Source: a bacterium (GTDB taxonomy: Bacteria > Bacillota > Clostridia > Lachnospirales > Lachnospiraceae). Taken from it: a DNA stretch of 64,000 nt. Below are positions 27,971 through 36,474 of the stretch, piece by piece. The position numbers were made by a program, and so were the translations under genes. The notes below the pieces were generated by a model. That model saw only the letters and a list, made by a program, of their open reading frames with translations. It ran no database searches and had not been told where the DNA came from. Every line of letters begins with the position of its first letter. Position 1 is the first letter of the stretch. The stretch is from assembly GCA_963658085.1 (NCBI GenBank), contig CAVKOU010000008.1, positions 8 through 64,007 on the forward strand. Reading direction: 5' to 3'.

Positions 27971-28699
27971 TTACGCTGCCAAAACCCTTGATAAGAATGT
28001 TCTGGTACGCTCTTCCTTCGGATCGCTGAATATTTCTTCTGGTTTTCCTTCTTCTACAATATATCCATCTGCCATGAAGATTACACGGTCAGATACATCT
28101 CTTGCAAATCCCATCTCGTGTGTTACCACAATCATGGTCATTCCTTCTTTTGCCAAGGATTTCATAACCTCCAATACATCACCTACAAGCTCCGGATCCA
28201 ACGCTGAGGTTGGCTCATCAAAGAGCAATGCCTTTGGTTCCATAGCCAGGGCTCTTGCAATAGCAACTCGCTGTTGCTGTCCACCGGATAATGTATTGGG
28301 GTAATTATTGGCCTTATCTGCCATACCAACCTTCTCCAAAAGTTCCATGGCCAAGACACGGGCCTCTGCCTTGGTGCAATGCTTTGCCAAAACCGGCGCA
28401 AGCATTACATTTTCAAGAACGGTCTTCAGAGGGAATAGATTAAATCTCTGGAATACCATTCCAACTTCCTCACGGAATCTACGGATGTCATAGGTTCTGT
28501 CTGTAATATATTCTCCCTGGTAACGGATATCTCCGCCTGTCGGAGTCTCTAACTGATTAATGCATCGAAGAAAGGTACTCTTTCCGGAACCGGATGGTCC
28601 AATGATGGTGACTACTTCTCCCTCTTCTACATTTAAACTAATGTCCTTTAATACTTCCAAATCTCCGAATTTCTTTGATAAATGCTCGACTTTTAACAT
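27971..28699 (-). CDS. Amino-acid ABC transporter ATP-binding protein
   Basis: [24 protein letters not shown] and [14 protein letters not shown] at 28699 follows GAGGTGA. Confidence 0.9.
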   Translation of the reverse strand: MLKVEHLSKKFGDLEVLKDISLNVEEGEVVTIIGPSGSGKSTFLRCINQLETPTGGDIRYQGEYITDRTYDIRRFREEVGMVFQRFNLFPLKTVLENVMLAPVLAKHCTKAEARVLAMELLEKVGMADKANNYPNTLSGGQQQRVAIARALAMEPKALLFDEPTSALDPELVGDVLEVMKSLAKEGMTMIVVTHEMGFARDVSDRVIFMADGYIVEEGKPEEIFSDPKEERTRTFLSRVLAA

Positions 28700-28704
28700 A
28701 AGTA

Positions 28705-29349
28705 TCACCTCATTTTTCTTTCTACCTGTTTCTGTATAATAATTAGGATTGACAATAATACCAAATAGAACGCTGCAATGGTTGTATAGGTTGGTATCAT
28801 CTTGAAACTTAAAGCTGCGTAATTTTGTCCCATATGAGTAATCTCATTTACTGCGATTACTGACAACAGAGCCGTATCCTTTACGGATATGATAAACTGA
28901 TTAAACAATGCCGGCAGAGCAATCTTAAATGCCGGTGGAATAATTACATGAATCAAAGTCTGGGCTCCGGTCATTCCTAAAGACTTGGCAGCTTCCTTCT
29001 GTCCCGGGTCAATTCCTAATAATGCTCCTTTTACAATTTCTGAAATAAATGCTCCTGAGTTTAGAGCAATAACGGCAATACCTACCGTTGTACTTTTTAG
29101 GTCAACTCCTAAAATTTTAGGGATAACGAAGTATCCATACAATGCCTGCACCATAAGAGGTGTCGCTCTGATAATCCAAATATATACGTTTGCAATTCCC
29201 TTCGTCACAGGGTTCTTTGCCTGTAAGGCATATCCACATAAACTTCCGATAACAGTACCGATAGCGATACCTACAACTGCAATCAGTAAAGTGACTTTCA
29301 GTCCTTCAAATAACATCGGAAGCAGAACTTTCAAAAAACTTAAATCCAT
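28705..29349 (-). CDS. Amino-acid ABC transporter permease (His/Glu/Gln/Arg family)
   Basis: Five-TM permease with the EAA loop [15 protein letters not shown]. Confidence 0.88.
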   Translation of the reverse strand: MDLSFLKVLLPMLFEGLKVTLLIAVVGIAIGTVIGSLCGYALQAKNPVTKGIANVYIWIIRATPLMVQALYGYFVIPKILGVDLKSTTVGIAVIALNSGAFISEIVKGALLGIDPGQKEAAKSLGMTGAQTLIHVIIPPAFKIALPALFNQFIISVKDTALLSVIAVNEITHMGQNYAALSFKMIPTYTTIAAFYLVLLSILIIIQKQVERKMR

Positions 29350-29450
29350 ATTTCTTCATCCTTTTCTTTTCCCCTTCCCGCGAAAGAGATTCACGGGAAA
29401 GGTTATTTTTTCTTTTCTACTTCTAGGTTACATTCAATTTTCTATTTTGA

Positions 29451-30320
29451 TTATTCACACCATGTAGCATATAACTCATCTGTGTATCCTGTCTGGATCA
29501 AGTACTCTACTGCTGCATTGATCTCATCATAGTACTCACAATCTTTAGCAATTGCTACACAATATGGAGCTTGTCCTTGGTTAAACTCATCACCTACAAC
29601 TGCTAACTTGGTATCTGTTGTAGTCTTGATGTAGAAGTTTGCTCCAGGACCATCCTGAATAACTGCATCTACCTTACCCTGCTCTAAGGACTCATAAGCA
29701 GTTGTGATAGTGTCGTGTACTTCTAATGTAGTATCCGGAAGATTCTTAGTTGCATAAGTATGAGAAGCGGTTCCTTTCTCAACTGCAACAGTCTTTCCTG
29801 CAAGATCATCTACACTTTCAATTCCTTTGTCATCGTCTGTATTTACCATAACAACCTGACCAGAATCACAATAGATATCTGAGAAGTTCATAACTTCTTT
29901 TCTTTCATCTGTTGCACAAAGAGCTGCGGCACCGATATCAATCTTATCCTCAGCAAGTGAAGTTGTTAATGCGGAATAATCCATTGCCTGGATCTCTCCA
30001 CCTTTAATTTCAAATCCAAGAATTTCCTGAAGCTTATTCAGAAGATCCAAATCGTATCCGATCAATGTGCTTCCGTCTTCATCATAGTAAGTAAATGGAC
30101 CGAAGAGTCCGGTGGTTCCTACGCTAAGAGTAACTCCATCAAGAGATCCCTCAATATCCTCCAACTTTACTTCTTCTGAGCCTGATGAAGAAGCTGTGGA
30201 TTCTGACGATGATGAGCTTGATGAACTTGAAGAGCTATCATCTGAGGATGATCCACATCCAACTGCCATTGTTCCTACCATTGCGGTAGCAAGTAATACT
30301 GCCAAAACTTTTTTCTTCAT
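29451..30320 (-). CDS. Amino-acid ABC transporter substrate-binding lipoprotein
   Basis: Lipobox AVGCGSS, a poly-Ser linker and a type-3 SBP fold. ATG at 30320 follows AAGGAGG. Confidence 0.85.
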   Translation of the reverse strand: MKKKVLAVLLATAMVGTMAVGCGSSSDDSSSSSSSSSSSESTASSSGSEEVKLEDIEGSLDGVTLSVGTTGLFGPFTYYDEDGSTLIGYDLDLLNKLQEILGFEIKGGEIQAMDYSALTTSLAEDKIDIGAAALCATDERKEVMNFSDIYCDSGQVVMVNTDDDKGIESVDDLAGKTVAVEKGTASHTYATKNLPDTTLEVHDTITTAYESLEQGKVDAVIQDGPGANFYIKTTTDTKLAVVGDEFNQGQAPYCVAIAKDCEYYDEINAAVEYLIQTGYTDELYATWCE

Positions 30321-30435
30321 ACTAAGATCCTCCTTATGCTTACGATTTCGCAAGTTCTTTATCCATTCAGATCATTTGTCACATAAAACATTTATACAAC
30401 GAAAGTTTTCATACAATTTTTCATTGTATAAAAAT

Positions 30436-30477
30436 AGGCGTTGCAACTTCTTTTTGTTGCAACGCCTTTGTTGTTTT
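30436..30477. terminator. Terminator-like 12-bp hairpin with U-runs on both strands
   Basis: aggcgttgcaac-ttcttttt-gttgcaacgcct. Confidence 0.6.
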
Positions 30478-30515
30478 CAATGTGCTCTCTGAACTTGCTA
30501 TCATAATACTCTCGG

Positions 30516-30640
30516 AGGAGACCGCGGTCAACTGTTAATTTTTACAAAAGAAATCATATGATCGCGGTTTTATTGGGTTATTTTGACTTGTGTAAATGTT
30601 TTTCTGTGGATTTTATCTTTTTAAGAGACTGCGGTCTCCT
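30516..30640 (+). other. A 14-bp inverted repeat enclosing about 97 nt (possible structured RNA)
   Basis: aggagaccgcggtc (30516-30529) pairs with gactgcggtctcct (30627-30640). The only non-Watson-Crick position is a G-U pair on the plus strand and a C-A mismatch on the minus strand. Confidence 0.3.
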
Positions 30641-30677
30641 GTGATTTTACACAATTTTCACAAATATATTTTTTCTC

Positions 30678-30706
30678 TTGACAAATCTCTTCCACTTCAG
30701 TATTAT
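30678..30706 (+). promoter_or_regulatory. tRNA-Leu promoter
   Basis: TTGACA, N17, TATTAT. Confidence 0.7.
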
Positions 30707-30740
30707 ATTACGTGCAGGTCAAAAACAACCTGTGTTATAC

Positions 30741-30821
30741 GCGGATGTGGCGGAATTGGCAGACGCGCTAGACTTAGGATCTAGTGTCCCCGACGTGCAG
30801 GTTCAAGTCCTGTCATCCGCA
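30741..30821 (+). tRNA. tRNA-Leu (anticodon UAG)
   Basis: Acceptor stem GCGGATG/CATCCGC, anticodon loop CTTAGGA, long variable arm, T-arm CAGGTTCAAGTCCTG. Confidence 0.93.
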
Positions 30822-30823
30822 TA

Positions 30824-30856
30824 AAAAAGTCGTTAGATTTTATCTAACGACTTTTT
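30824..30856. terminator. Bidirectional terminator shared by tRNA-Leu and the convergent GGDEF gene
   Basis: aaaaagtcgttagat-ttt-atctaacgacttttt. Confidence 0.8.
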
Positions 30857-32084
30857 GTTTTCTTTCTTCTTTTCTTTTCTGCTTCCACTTGTACATGTTT
30901 TCATCTGCTTCCTTTATGGCTAGCTCCATGTCATTCTTTCCCGGTTCATAGGCACCATATCCCACAGAAACCGTTGGAAGCAAAGGTTCCATTTCTCTTT
31001 TCTTTTCCAGCTTTCTGACAAAGCGGTGATTAATCGCCTCCATAAGCTCCTCACTAAATCGTTCCTGACAAGGAATAATCACACAGAACTCATCTCCACC
31101 AATACGATAACAGGCTCCCTCTACCATGGCCATTCCATATACTTCCCTCAATATATCCGCAATGCACTTTAAACACTTATCTCCAAATTGATGTCCATAC
31201 TGATCATTGATATTTTTAAAATCATCCACATCGAAAAACAGCACCATCGTAGGTTTTCGCACACTTCCAATACGGCTTTCATAGCTTCTTCGGTTCAACA
31301 GTCCTGTAATCCCGTCTCTGGCCTCTATAACCCCTGTATAATACATGTAAAAGAAAAGGATCATCAGAGCCATAGCAATGTATGCACAGTGAAGCTCACT
31401 GCTTACCATGCTAAATCCCATTCCTGATACAAACAACAGAATCATCATGGGCATAATCCACTGCCTCTGAGATTGATAACGTTTAGAAAATCTTGTAATC
31501 TCCCAAACATAATACAAACCACAACCTACATAGAATACCACATAGATCCAATACCAGCCACCGTGATGATAAACATTTGCCTCATCTACATAAAAGATAA
31601 ATCCTGTAAAACCGGAAATAAATTCCAAAAGAGCATGAACAAGCAAAAGCCGAAGAAGTATAATCTGCGTTTTCGTAAGGGTTTTAAACCACTTTATGTA
31701 GCTTCTCTTCCCTTTTACTACAGGTTTTTTCAAATCATTCGATTCTTCTTTTAGTTTCTTTAAATCAGCGTTTTCATCATATAGTTTATCCGTATTCTCA
31801 GCTTCCTCAGAGACTACTCCTACAAAAAATACTATAATCACCGGGATAAGGGCATGCTCTAGAGCCCTTACAATAATATGCAAATTTTTGAACTGAATAG
31901 GCCCACCATTTAAAGTGACTCCCAGCCACTCAGCGATAGCTGCCACAATGACTACGAAAATAAGACCCGAAAATTCCGTCTTCTTATCCTCTTCTAAAAG
32001 CGCATTACCACGAATCATCATTCGAAGCGTCAGCAACGCCACAATGGCAAAATATATCGTTGTCGAATATTCTAATTCCATCAT
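30840..32084 (-). CDS. Membrane-bound diguanylate cyclase (GGDEF)
   Basis: Multi-TM N-terminus and a C-terminal GGDEF domain (GLLNRR, FFDVDDFKNINDQYGH, RIGGDEF). Confidence 0.88.
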   Translation of the reverse strand: MMELEYSTTIYFAIVALLTLRMMIRGNALLEEDKKTEFSGLIFVVIVAAIAEWLGVTLNGGPIQFKNLHIIVRALEHALIPVIIVFFVGVVSEEAENTDKLYDENADLKKLKEESNDLKKPVVKGKRSYIKWFKTLTKTQIILLRLLLVHALLEFISGFTGFIFYVDEANVYHHGGWYWIYVVFYVGCGLYYVWEITRFSKRYQSQRQWIMPMMILLFVSGMGFSMVSSELHCAYIAMALMILFFYMYYTGVIEARDGITGLLNRRSYESRIGSVRKPTMVLFFDVDDFKNINDQYGHQFGDKCLKCIADILREVYGMAMVEGACYRIGGDEFCVIIPCQERFSEELMEAINHRFVRKLEKKREMEPLLPTVSVGYGAYEPGKNDMELAIKEADENMYKWKQKRKEERKQKVVR

Positions 32085-32251
32085 TATCTCCCTTCAGCAC
32101 ATCTAAACAAATCGATATGCAAGGTTTTTCTCATTATTTTTAAGTCTATCACGTCCCTCCCATGAATTCAATTACTATTCTTTTTAAAAAAGAAATCGCA
32201 GGAATAATTTCAAAACTATTCCTGCGAATCCAACTTTTCATTCTAAATGTT

Positions 32252-32422
32252 TTATTTTTGGACTTTAATCTCGTCCTTTCTGAAAAAACCTACCGTAGAT
32301 TTTCCATACTGATAACGCTGACAAGCAGTATCTACTGCAGTCACCGTTCCTATTGCCAATGCACCTAAGATTGTTGAAGCAATTACATAACTTACAATTT
32401 TCTTTGTTAATTTGTTCTTCAT
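32252..32422 (-). CDS. Small 56-aa protein with an N-terminal hydrophobic segment (below the ORF-track cutoff)
   Basis: The ATG follows AAGGGGTGA. The product is MKNKLTKKIVSYVIASTILGALAIGTVTAVDTACQRYQYGKSTVGFFRKDEIKVQK. Confidence 0.45.
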   Translation of the reverse strand: MKNKLTKKIVSYVIASTILGALAIGTVTAVDTACQRYQYGKSTVGFFRKDEIKVQK

Positions 32423-32520
32423 AATATCACCCCTTACTCGTACTTGTTACTTTGCAAGTTACTCATACTATATATACGAGGAACGTTAAAGGAAGGGCTA
32501 ATATTATCTTCCTGAAATGC

Positions 32521-32549
32521 AAAAAAAGCAAGCATAAATGCTTGCTTTT
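32521..32549 (-). terminator. Terminator of the tRNA operon
   Basis: Stem aagcaagcat/atgcttgctt with a U-run on the minus strand. Confidence 0.8.
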
Positions 32550-32553
32550 CAAG

Positions 32554-32626
32554 TGAGCGTGCGGGGATTCGAACCCCGGACAACTTGATTAAAAGTCAAG
32601 TGCTCTACCACCTGAGCTACACGCCC
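32554..32626 (-). tRNA. tRNA-Lys (UUU)
   Basis: Cloverleaf read on the reverse strand; anticodon loop CTTTTAA. Confidence 0.92.
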
Positions 32627-32631
32627 ATAAA

Positions 32632-32703
32632 CTGGGCTAGCTGGATTCGAACCAGCGAATGCAGGAGTCAAAGTCCTGTGCCTTACCGCTTGGCGATAGC
32701 CCA
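32632..32703 (-). tRNA. tRNA-Gln (UUG)
   Basis: U1-A72 acceptor pair; anticodon loop CTTTGAC. Confidence 0.9.
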
Positions 32704-32723
32704 TCATCATTTTTTAAAGGAAG

Positions 32724-32798
32724 GGTGGGTAAAGGGACTCGAACCCTTGATATCCAGAACCACAATCTGGCGCGCTAACCAACTGCACCATACCCACC
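32724..32798 (-). tRNA. tRNA-His (GUG)
   Basis: Encoded extra G-1 opposite C73; anticodon loop TTGTGGT. Confidence 0.92.
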
Positions 32799-32869
32799 AT
32801 ATTATGACTTATCGAACTATCTTAATTACGTCCAACTAAGTACCTTATTCAATTTTAGTGTGGTTCTAA

Positions 32870-32943
32870 CGAGCCTGGGGGGATTCGAACCCTCGACCTA
32901 CGGCTTAGAAGGCCGTTGCTCTATCCAGCTGAGCTACAGACTC
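32870..32943 (-). tRNA. tRNA-Arg (UCU)
   Basis: D-arm GCTCAGCTGGATAGAGC; anticodon loop CTTCTAA. Confidence 0.9.
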
Positions 32944-32997
32944 ACAAGACAGCTCTCATTAGAACTATACTTTTCTTAAGGAAATAGGCCTTAAGAA

Positions 32998-33068
32998 AGC
33001 GGGTGATGGGAATCGAACCCACGTATCCAGCTTGGAAGGCTGGTGTTCTACCATTGAACTACACCCGC
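32998..33068 (-). tRNA. tRNA-Gly (UCC)
   Basis: Acceptor stem GCGGGTG/CACCCGC; anticodon loop CTTCCAA. Confidence 0.92.
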
Positions 33069-33075
33069 AAAATGA

Positions 33076-33150
33076 TCGGGGTGACAGGATTCGAACCTGC
33101 GACCTCCTGGTCCCAAACCAGGCGCTCTAGCCAAGCTGAGCCACACCCCG
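33076..33150 (-). tRNA. tRNA-Pro (UGG)
   Basis: Acceptor stem CGGGGTG/CACCCCG; anticodon loop TTTGGGA. Confidence 0.92.
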
Positions 33151-33210
33151 AAGGAAATATCCCGAACATTTTCTTTGCTTTTTTGTTGCCATGTCCGTGA
33201 CACATTTGCT

Positions 33211-33240
33211 ATTATATAGCGCCACACACGAACTGTCAAC
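33211..33240 (-). promoter_or_regulatory. Promoter of the six-tRNA operon
   Basis: TTGACA (33235-33240), N18, TATAAT (33211-33216) on the minus strand. Confidence 0.7.
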
Positions 33241-33258
33241 AACTTTTTGAAAAAATTT

Positions 33259-33744
33259 TTATTTTTTTATATATTTTATTTCTGCCTGAATTTTACGGCC
33301 ATTTTCCAACGTCATTACAATATAACTTGGGAGTCTCCCTTCCTGCCTTGGAAACCTAAGGCTTCCTGGATTTAGCACCAGGATCCCATCCTTTTCTTTA
33401 ATAGTTGGAATATGGGTATGGCCATACATGACAATATCCGCCTGCCTTTTTTTTGCCTCTCGAAGCAGGCCGCTTTCTCCCATATATACCCCATATCCAT
33501 GTCCATGGGTCAAAAAAGCCCTATGACCGCCGATCTTTATTTCCTTATCCGATGGAAGATCCGCAAAGAAATCATTATTCCCCTGCACCATATGCAGGGG
33601 ACACTCCGTCACAGCTTCTATATAATGCTGTCCATCCTGCACATCCCCCAAATGAATCATCATATCAAAAGGAGCCTCTGTCTCCATGGCTATATCTAAA
33701 TTTCCATGTGCTCCATGGGTATCACTAACAACTAAAATTTTCAT
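33259..33744 (-). CDS. YfcE/MJ0936-family metallophosphoesterase (YsnB-like)
   Basis: Motifs VVSDTHG, HLGD, GNND and GHTH. It lies downstream of rdgB, as in the B. subtilis ysnA-ysnB pair. Confidence 0.85.
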   Translation of the reverse strand: MKILVVSDTHGAHGNLDIAMETEAPFDMMIHLGDVQDGQHYIEAVTECPLHMVQGNNDFFADLPSDKEIKIGGHRAFLTHGHGYGVYMGESGLLREAKKRQADIVMYGHTHIPTIKEKDGILVLNPGSLRFPRQEGRLPSYIVMTLENGRKIQAEIKYIKK

Positions 33745-34351
33745 TATCCTTTAGCATCTCCTTCATTTTACGAAGTCCCTGTCCTCTATGACTCAGTTCG
33801 TTCTTCTTTTCCGGCGAGATCTCTGCACTTGTACATCCGCACTCCGGCAAGAAGAAAATAGGATCATAACCAAAGCCATTCTCTCCGGCAATCTCATATC
33901 CGATTCGACCTTCCATAGTGCCCCGCACCACCTTCGTGGAGCCATCCGGCAGACAAGCGGCTATAGCACACACAAAACGAGCCGTCCGCTTCTTGTCCGG
34001 CACTCCCTCCAGGCGATCCAACAGGGCCTGATTCTTTATATCATAAGAAGTATCCTCTCCCATATATCTGGCAGAGTAGATTCCAGGCTCTTTATTCAGA
34101 TAATCAATCTCCAATCCCGAATCATCCGCCAAAACCACTGCGTCCTTATATTCCGGCATTTCATGAGCAATTTTCCCAATCTCTGTCGCTTTGATCAGGG
34201 CATTCTCCTCGAAGGTAGTACCATCCTCTATCACGTTTGCCGAAATTTCTGCTTCCTTTTGGGAAAGGATTTCACATCCAAGATCCGATAAGATCATTCG
34301 GATCTCTATCATTTTATGTTCATTTCCAGTTGCAAAAATTATTTTATCCAT
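33725..34351 (-). CDS. rdgB: Non-canonical purine NTP pyrophosphatase RdgB/HAM1
   Basis: Motifs FATGNEHK, DDSGLEID, GFGYDPIF and SHR. Confidence 0.9.
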   Translation of the reverse strand: MDKIIFATGNEHKMIEIRMILSDLGCEILSQKEAEISANVIEDGTTFEENALIKATEIGKIAHEMPEYKDAVVLADDSGLEIDYLNKEPGIYSARYMGEDTSYDIKNQALLDRLEGVPDKKRTARFVCAIAACLPDGSTKVVRGTMEGRIGYEIAGENGFGYDPIFFLPECGCTSAEISPEKKNELSHRGQGLRKMKEMLKDNENFSC

Positions 34352-34384
34352 AACATCTTTCGTCTTTCTTTTTATCTATAAATT

Positions 34385-35527
34385 CTATTTTTTCGGAGGC
34401 TTCGGTCCCATAAATTGATAGAAATAAGTTTTTAACATTCCATTATAAATCTTACGATTCTTGTCTGCTTTTTTTCCAAAATACTTCTCAGCCTCATCAT
34501 AGGAGGTGATCATGTAAGCTGACCAGGAATCCAAACTCCTATAACTATCTCCAAAGGCTCTGTAAAGAGCCGGCAGGGTACTCTTATCTTCCAACCGCTC
34601 TCCATAAGGCGGATTTGTGATAATAAATCCATATTTTTTAGGGTGGCTTAAGTCCTTTACATCCCGCTCCTGAAAATGAATCAGATGGTCCACGCCTGCT
34701 TCTCTGGCATTTCTTCTGGCAATCTTCACCACAGAACCATCCAGATCATAGCCTTGAATATCCACTTCGATCTGATCATCTACCAGATCGTTCGCCTCCT
34801 CTATGGTATCGTACCAAAGTTTTTTCGGAATTACATTATTCCAATTTTCCGCAGTAAATTCTCGGTTCATTCCCGGGGCGATATTCGCCGCCATCATGGC
34901 TGCCTCTATAGGAAATGTACCACTTCCGCAGAATGGATCCACGAAAATACGATCTTTTCTCCAAGGCGTCAACATGATTAAAGAAGCGGCCAAAGTCTCC
35001 GTGATCGGAGCTTTTCCTGACACCTCACGATACCCCCTCTTGTGAAGAGATACTCCGGAAGTATCGATTCCAATGGTCACAATATCTTTCTTAAGAAAAA
35101 CTCTCACAGGGTAAGATGCTCCATTTTCCTCAAACCAGCTGATACCATAATACTCCTGAAGCCTTCTTACCATAGCTTTCTTCATAATGGACTGAATATC
35201 CGAAGGACTAAAAAGCTTGCTCTTAACAGAAGCCGCCTTCGTTACCCAAAACTTTCCATTTTTAGGAATATATTCCTCCCAGGGAAGGGCTCTGGTTTTC
35301 TCAAACAGCTCATCAAAGCTCTCCGCCTTAAAGCTTCCTACTTTTAACAAAATACGCTCTGCAGTTCTAAGGAATATATTTGCCCTACAAATAGCTTCAG
35401 GATCCCCCAGAAATGTCACACGGCCGTCTTCCACTTCCGAAACATCGTATCCCAAATCAATAATCTCTCTTTTAAGTACCGCTTCCAGCCCAAAATGACA
35501 GGGAGCAATTAGTTCCATCATCTTCAT
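34385..35527 (-). CDS. THUMP-domain class I SAM-dependent RNA methyltransferase (RlmL/YpsC-like)
   Basis: N-terminal THUMP region, then DPFCGSGTFPIEAA and NPPYGERL. Confidence 0.82.
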   Translation of the reverse strand: MKMMELIAPCHFGLEAVLKREIIDLGYDVSEVEDGRVTFLGDPEAICRANIFLRTAERILLKVGSFKAESFDELFEKTRALPWEEYIPKNGKFWVTKAASVKSKLFSPSDIQSIMKKAMVRRLQEYYGISWFEENGASYPVRVFLKKDIVTIGIDTSGVSLHKRGYREVSGKAPITETLAASLIMLTPWRKDRIFVDPFCGSGTFPIEAAMMAANIAPGMNREFTAENWNNVIPKKLWYDTIEEANDLVDDQIEVDIQGYDLDGSVVKIARRNAREAGVDHLIHFQERDVKDLSHPKKYGFIITNPPYGERLEDKSTLPALYRAFGDSYRSLDSWSAYMITSYDEAEKYFGKKADKNRKIYNGMLKTYFYQFMGPKPPKK

Positions 35528-35823
35528 AAATACTTCTCCACATATATTTCTCTATAAACTTCGCAATCTACAATAATTATTCTACAATAAAATAAACATA
35601 CCATTATCTTATGTAAAACTTAAGAAAATAATAATTTTTGTTCTTGCTTTTTATTCTTCTCTATATTATACTAATCCTTGTAGAAAGAACACTTTCTACA
35701 ACCCCTTATTAATTATTTATACTCCCCTCAAAAGACCGATGGCTCCCCCATCGGTCTTTTATTTTGTATCGAAGAATTCCTTTCATTATAAATCCCAGAA
35801 TCTTTCTATCGTATTCATCCTCA

Positions 35824-36312
35824 TCACCGCATCAACCTGGTAATCAGTTGGATCAAAAGCACAATCACCAATACCGGAATAATAATTGGCGCTAATATAC
35901 TGATGATTCCTCCAATGATCGCAACAATCAGAATTAAAACCGCGACAATGCCCACAACGAACAAAATCAGGCTCCATTTTCCAATGGGCTTATTTCCTTC
36001 CGCAGAATTCTCTACAGAACCATAATCCGATCCATAGAAAGTCTCTGATCCATAGGATCCGGAGCTCCTACTTCCAGTCTCATAGTCTCTCACTCTGGAG
36101 TTTCCGCTTTTACCGCCCTCTACATCAATAACATTTTGCGCAATGGCCCAGGGATCTCCAAGTTCTTCAACCACCTCTTGTTCGCTTCTTCCTTTCGCTA
36201 CTTCATCAGATATATACTGGTTATAATAATTTACATGTTCCTGTACGATCGCAGCACTTAGGTCATTCCCCAGAGCCTTCCTCAATCTTTCCAGAAATTC
36301 TATCTTTCCCAT
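35824..36312 (-). CDS. DUF1700-like membrane protein
   Basis: N-terminus KIEFLERLRKAL...VNYYNQYI...ELGDPWAIA and a C-terminal TM pair. No PadR partner gene is adjacent. Confidence 0.6.
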   Translation of the reverse strand: MGKIEFLERLRKALGNDLSAAIVQEHVNYYNQYISDEVAKGRSEQEVVEELGDPWAIAQNVIDVEGGKSGNSRVRDYETGSRSSGSYGSETFYGSDYGSVENSAEGNKPIGKWSLILFVVGIVAVLILIVAIIGGIISILAPIIIPVLVIVLLIQLITRLMR

Positions 36313-36474
36313 CCAGCTTCTCCTTATCTATCCATTTGATTTTAATCATTTTTTTCTATATACAAGGAATTTTTATTGCAAAAAAGAACCTCAGACCTAG
36401 AATAGCACACATGTGTGTCTATTCCAAGTCCAAGGCTCTTAATATTTTCTTGTGTTAAATTAGTCCAAAAAGGA

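Noticed and set aside
30596-30784. A 62-aa plus-strand ORF.
   Set aside because: It runs through the tRNA-Leu promoter and into the tRNA itself.
32585-33242. ORFs of 64-84 aa (32585-32839, 33003-33200, 33048-33242).
   Set aside because: They are translations of the tRNA genes and their spacers.
36376-36440. Plus-strand promoter-like sequence TTGCAA-N16-TAGAAT pointing antisense into the 3' end of glnN. Antisense control of glutamine synthetase is known in some clostridia.
   Set aside because: The -10 overlaps the glnN terminator palindrome (gaatagcacaca/tgtgtgtctattc). There is nothing else to support an antisense transcript, so the match may be fortuitous in AT-rich DNA.
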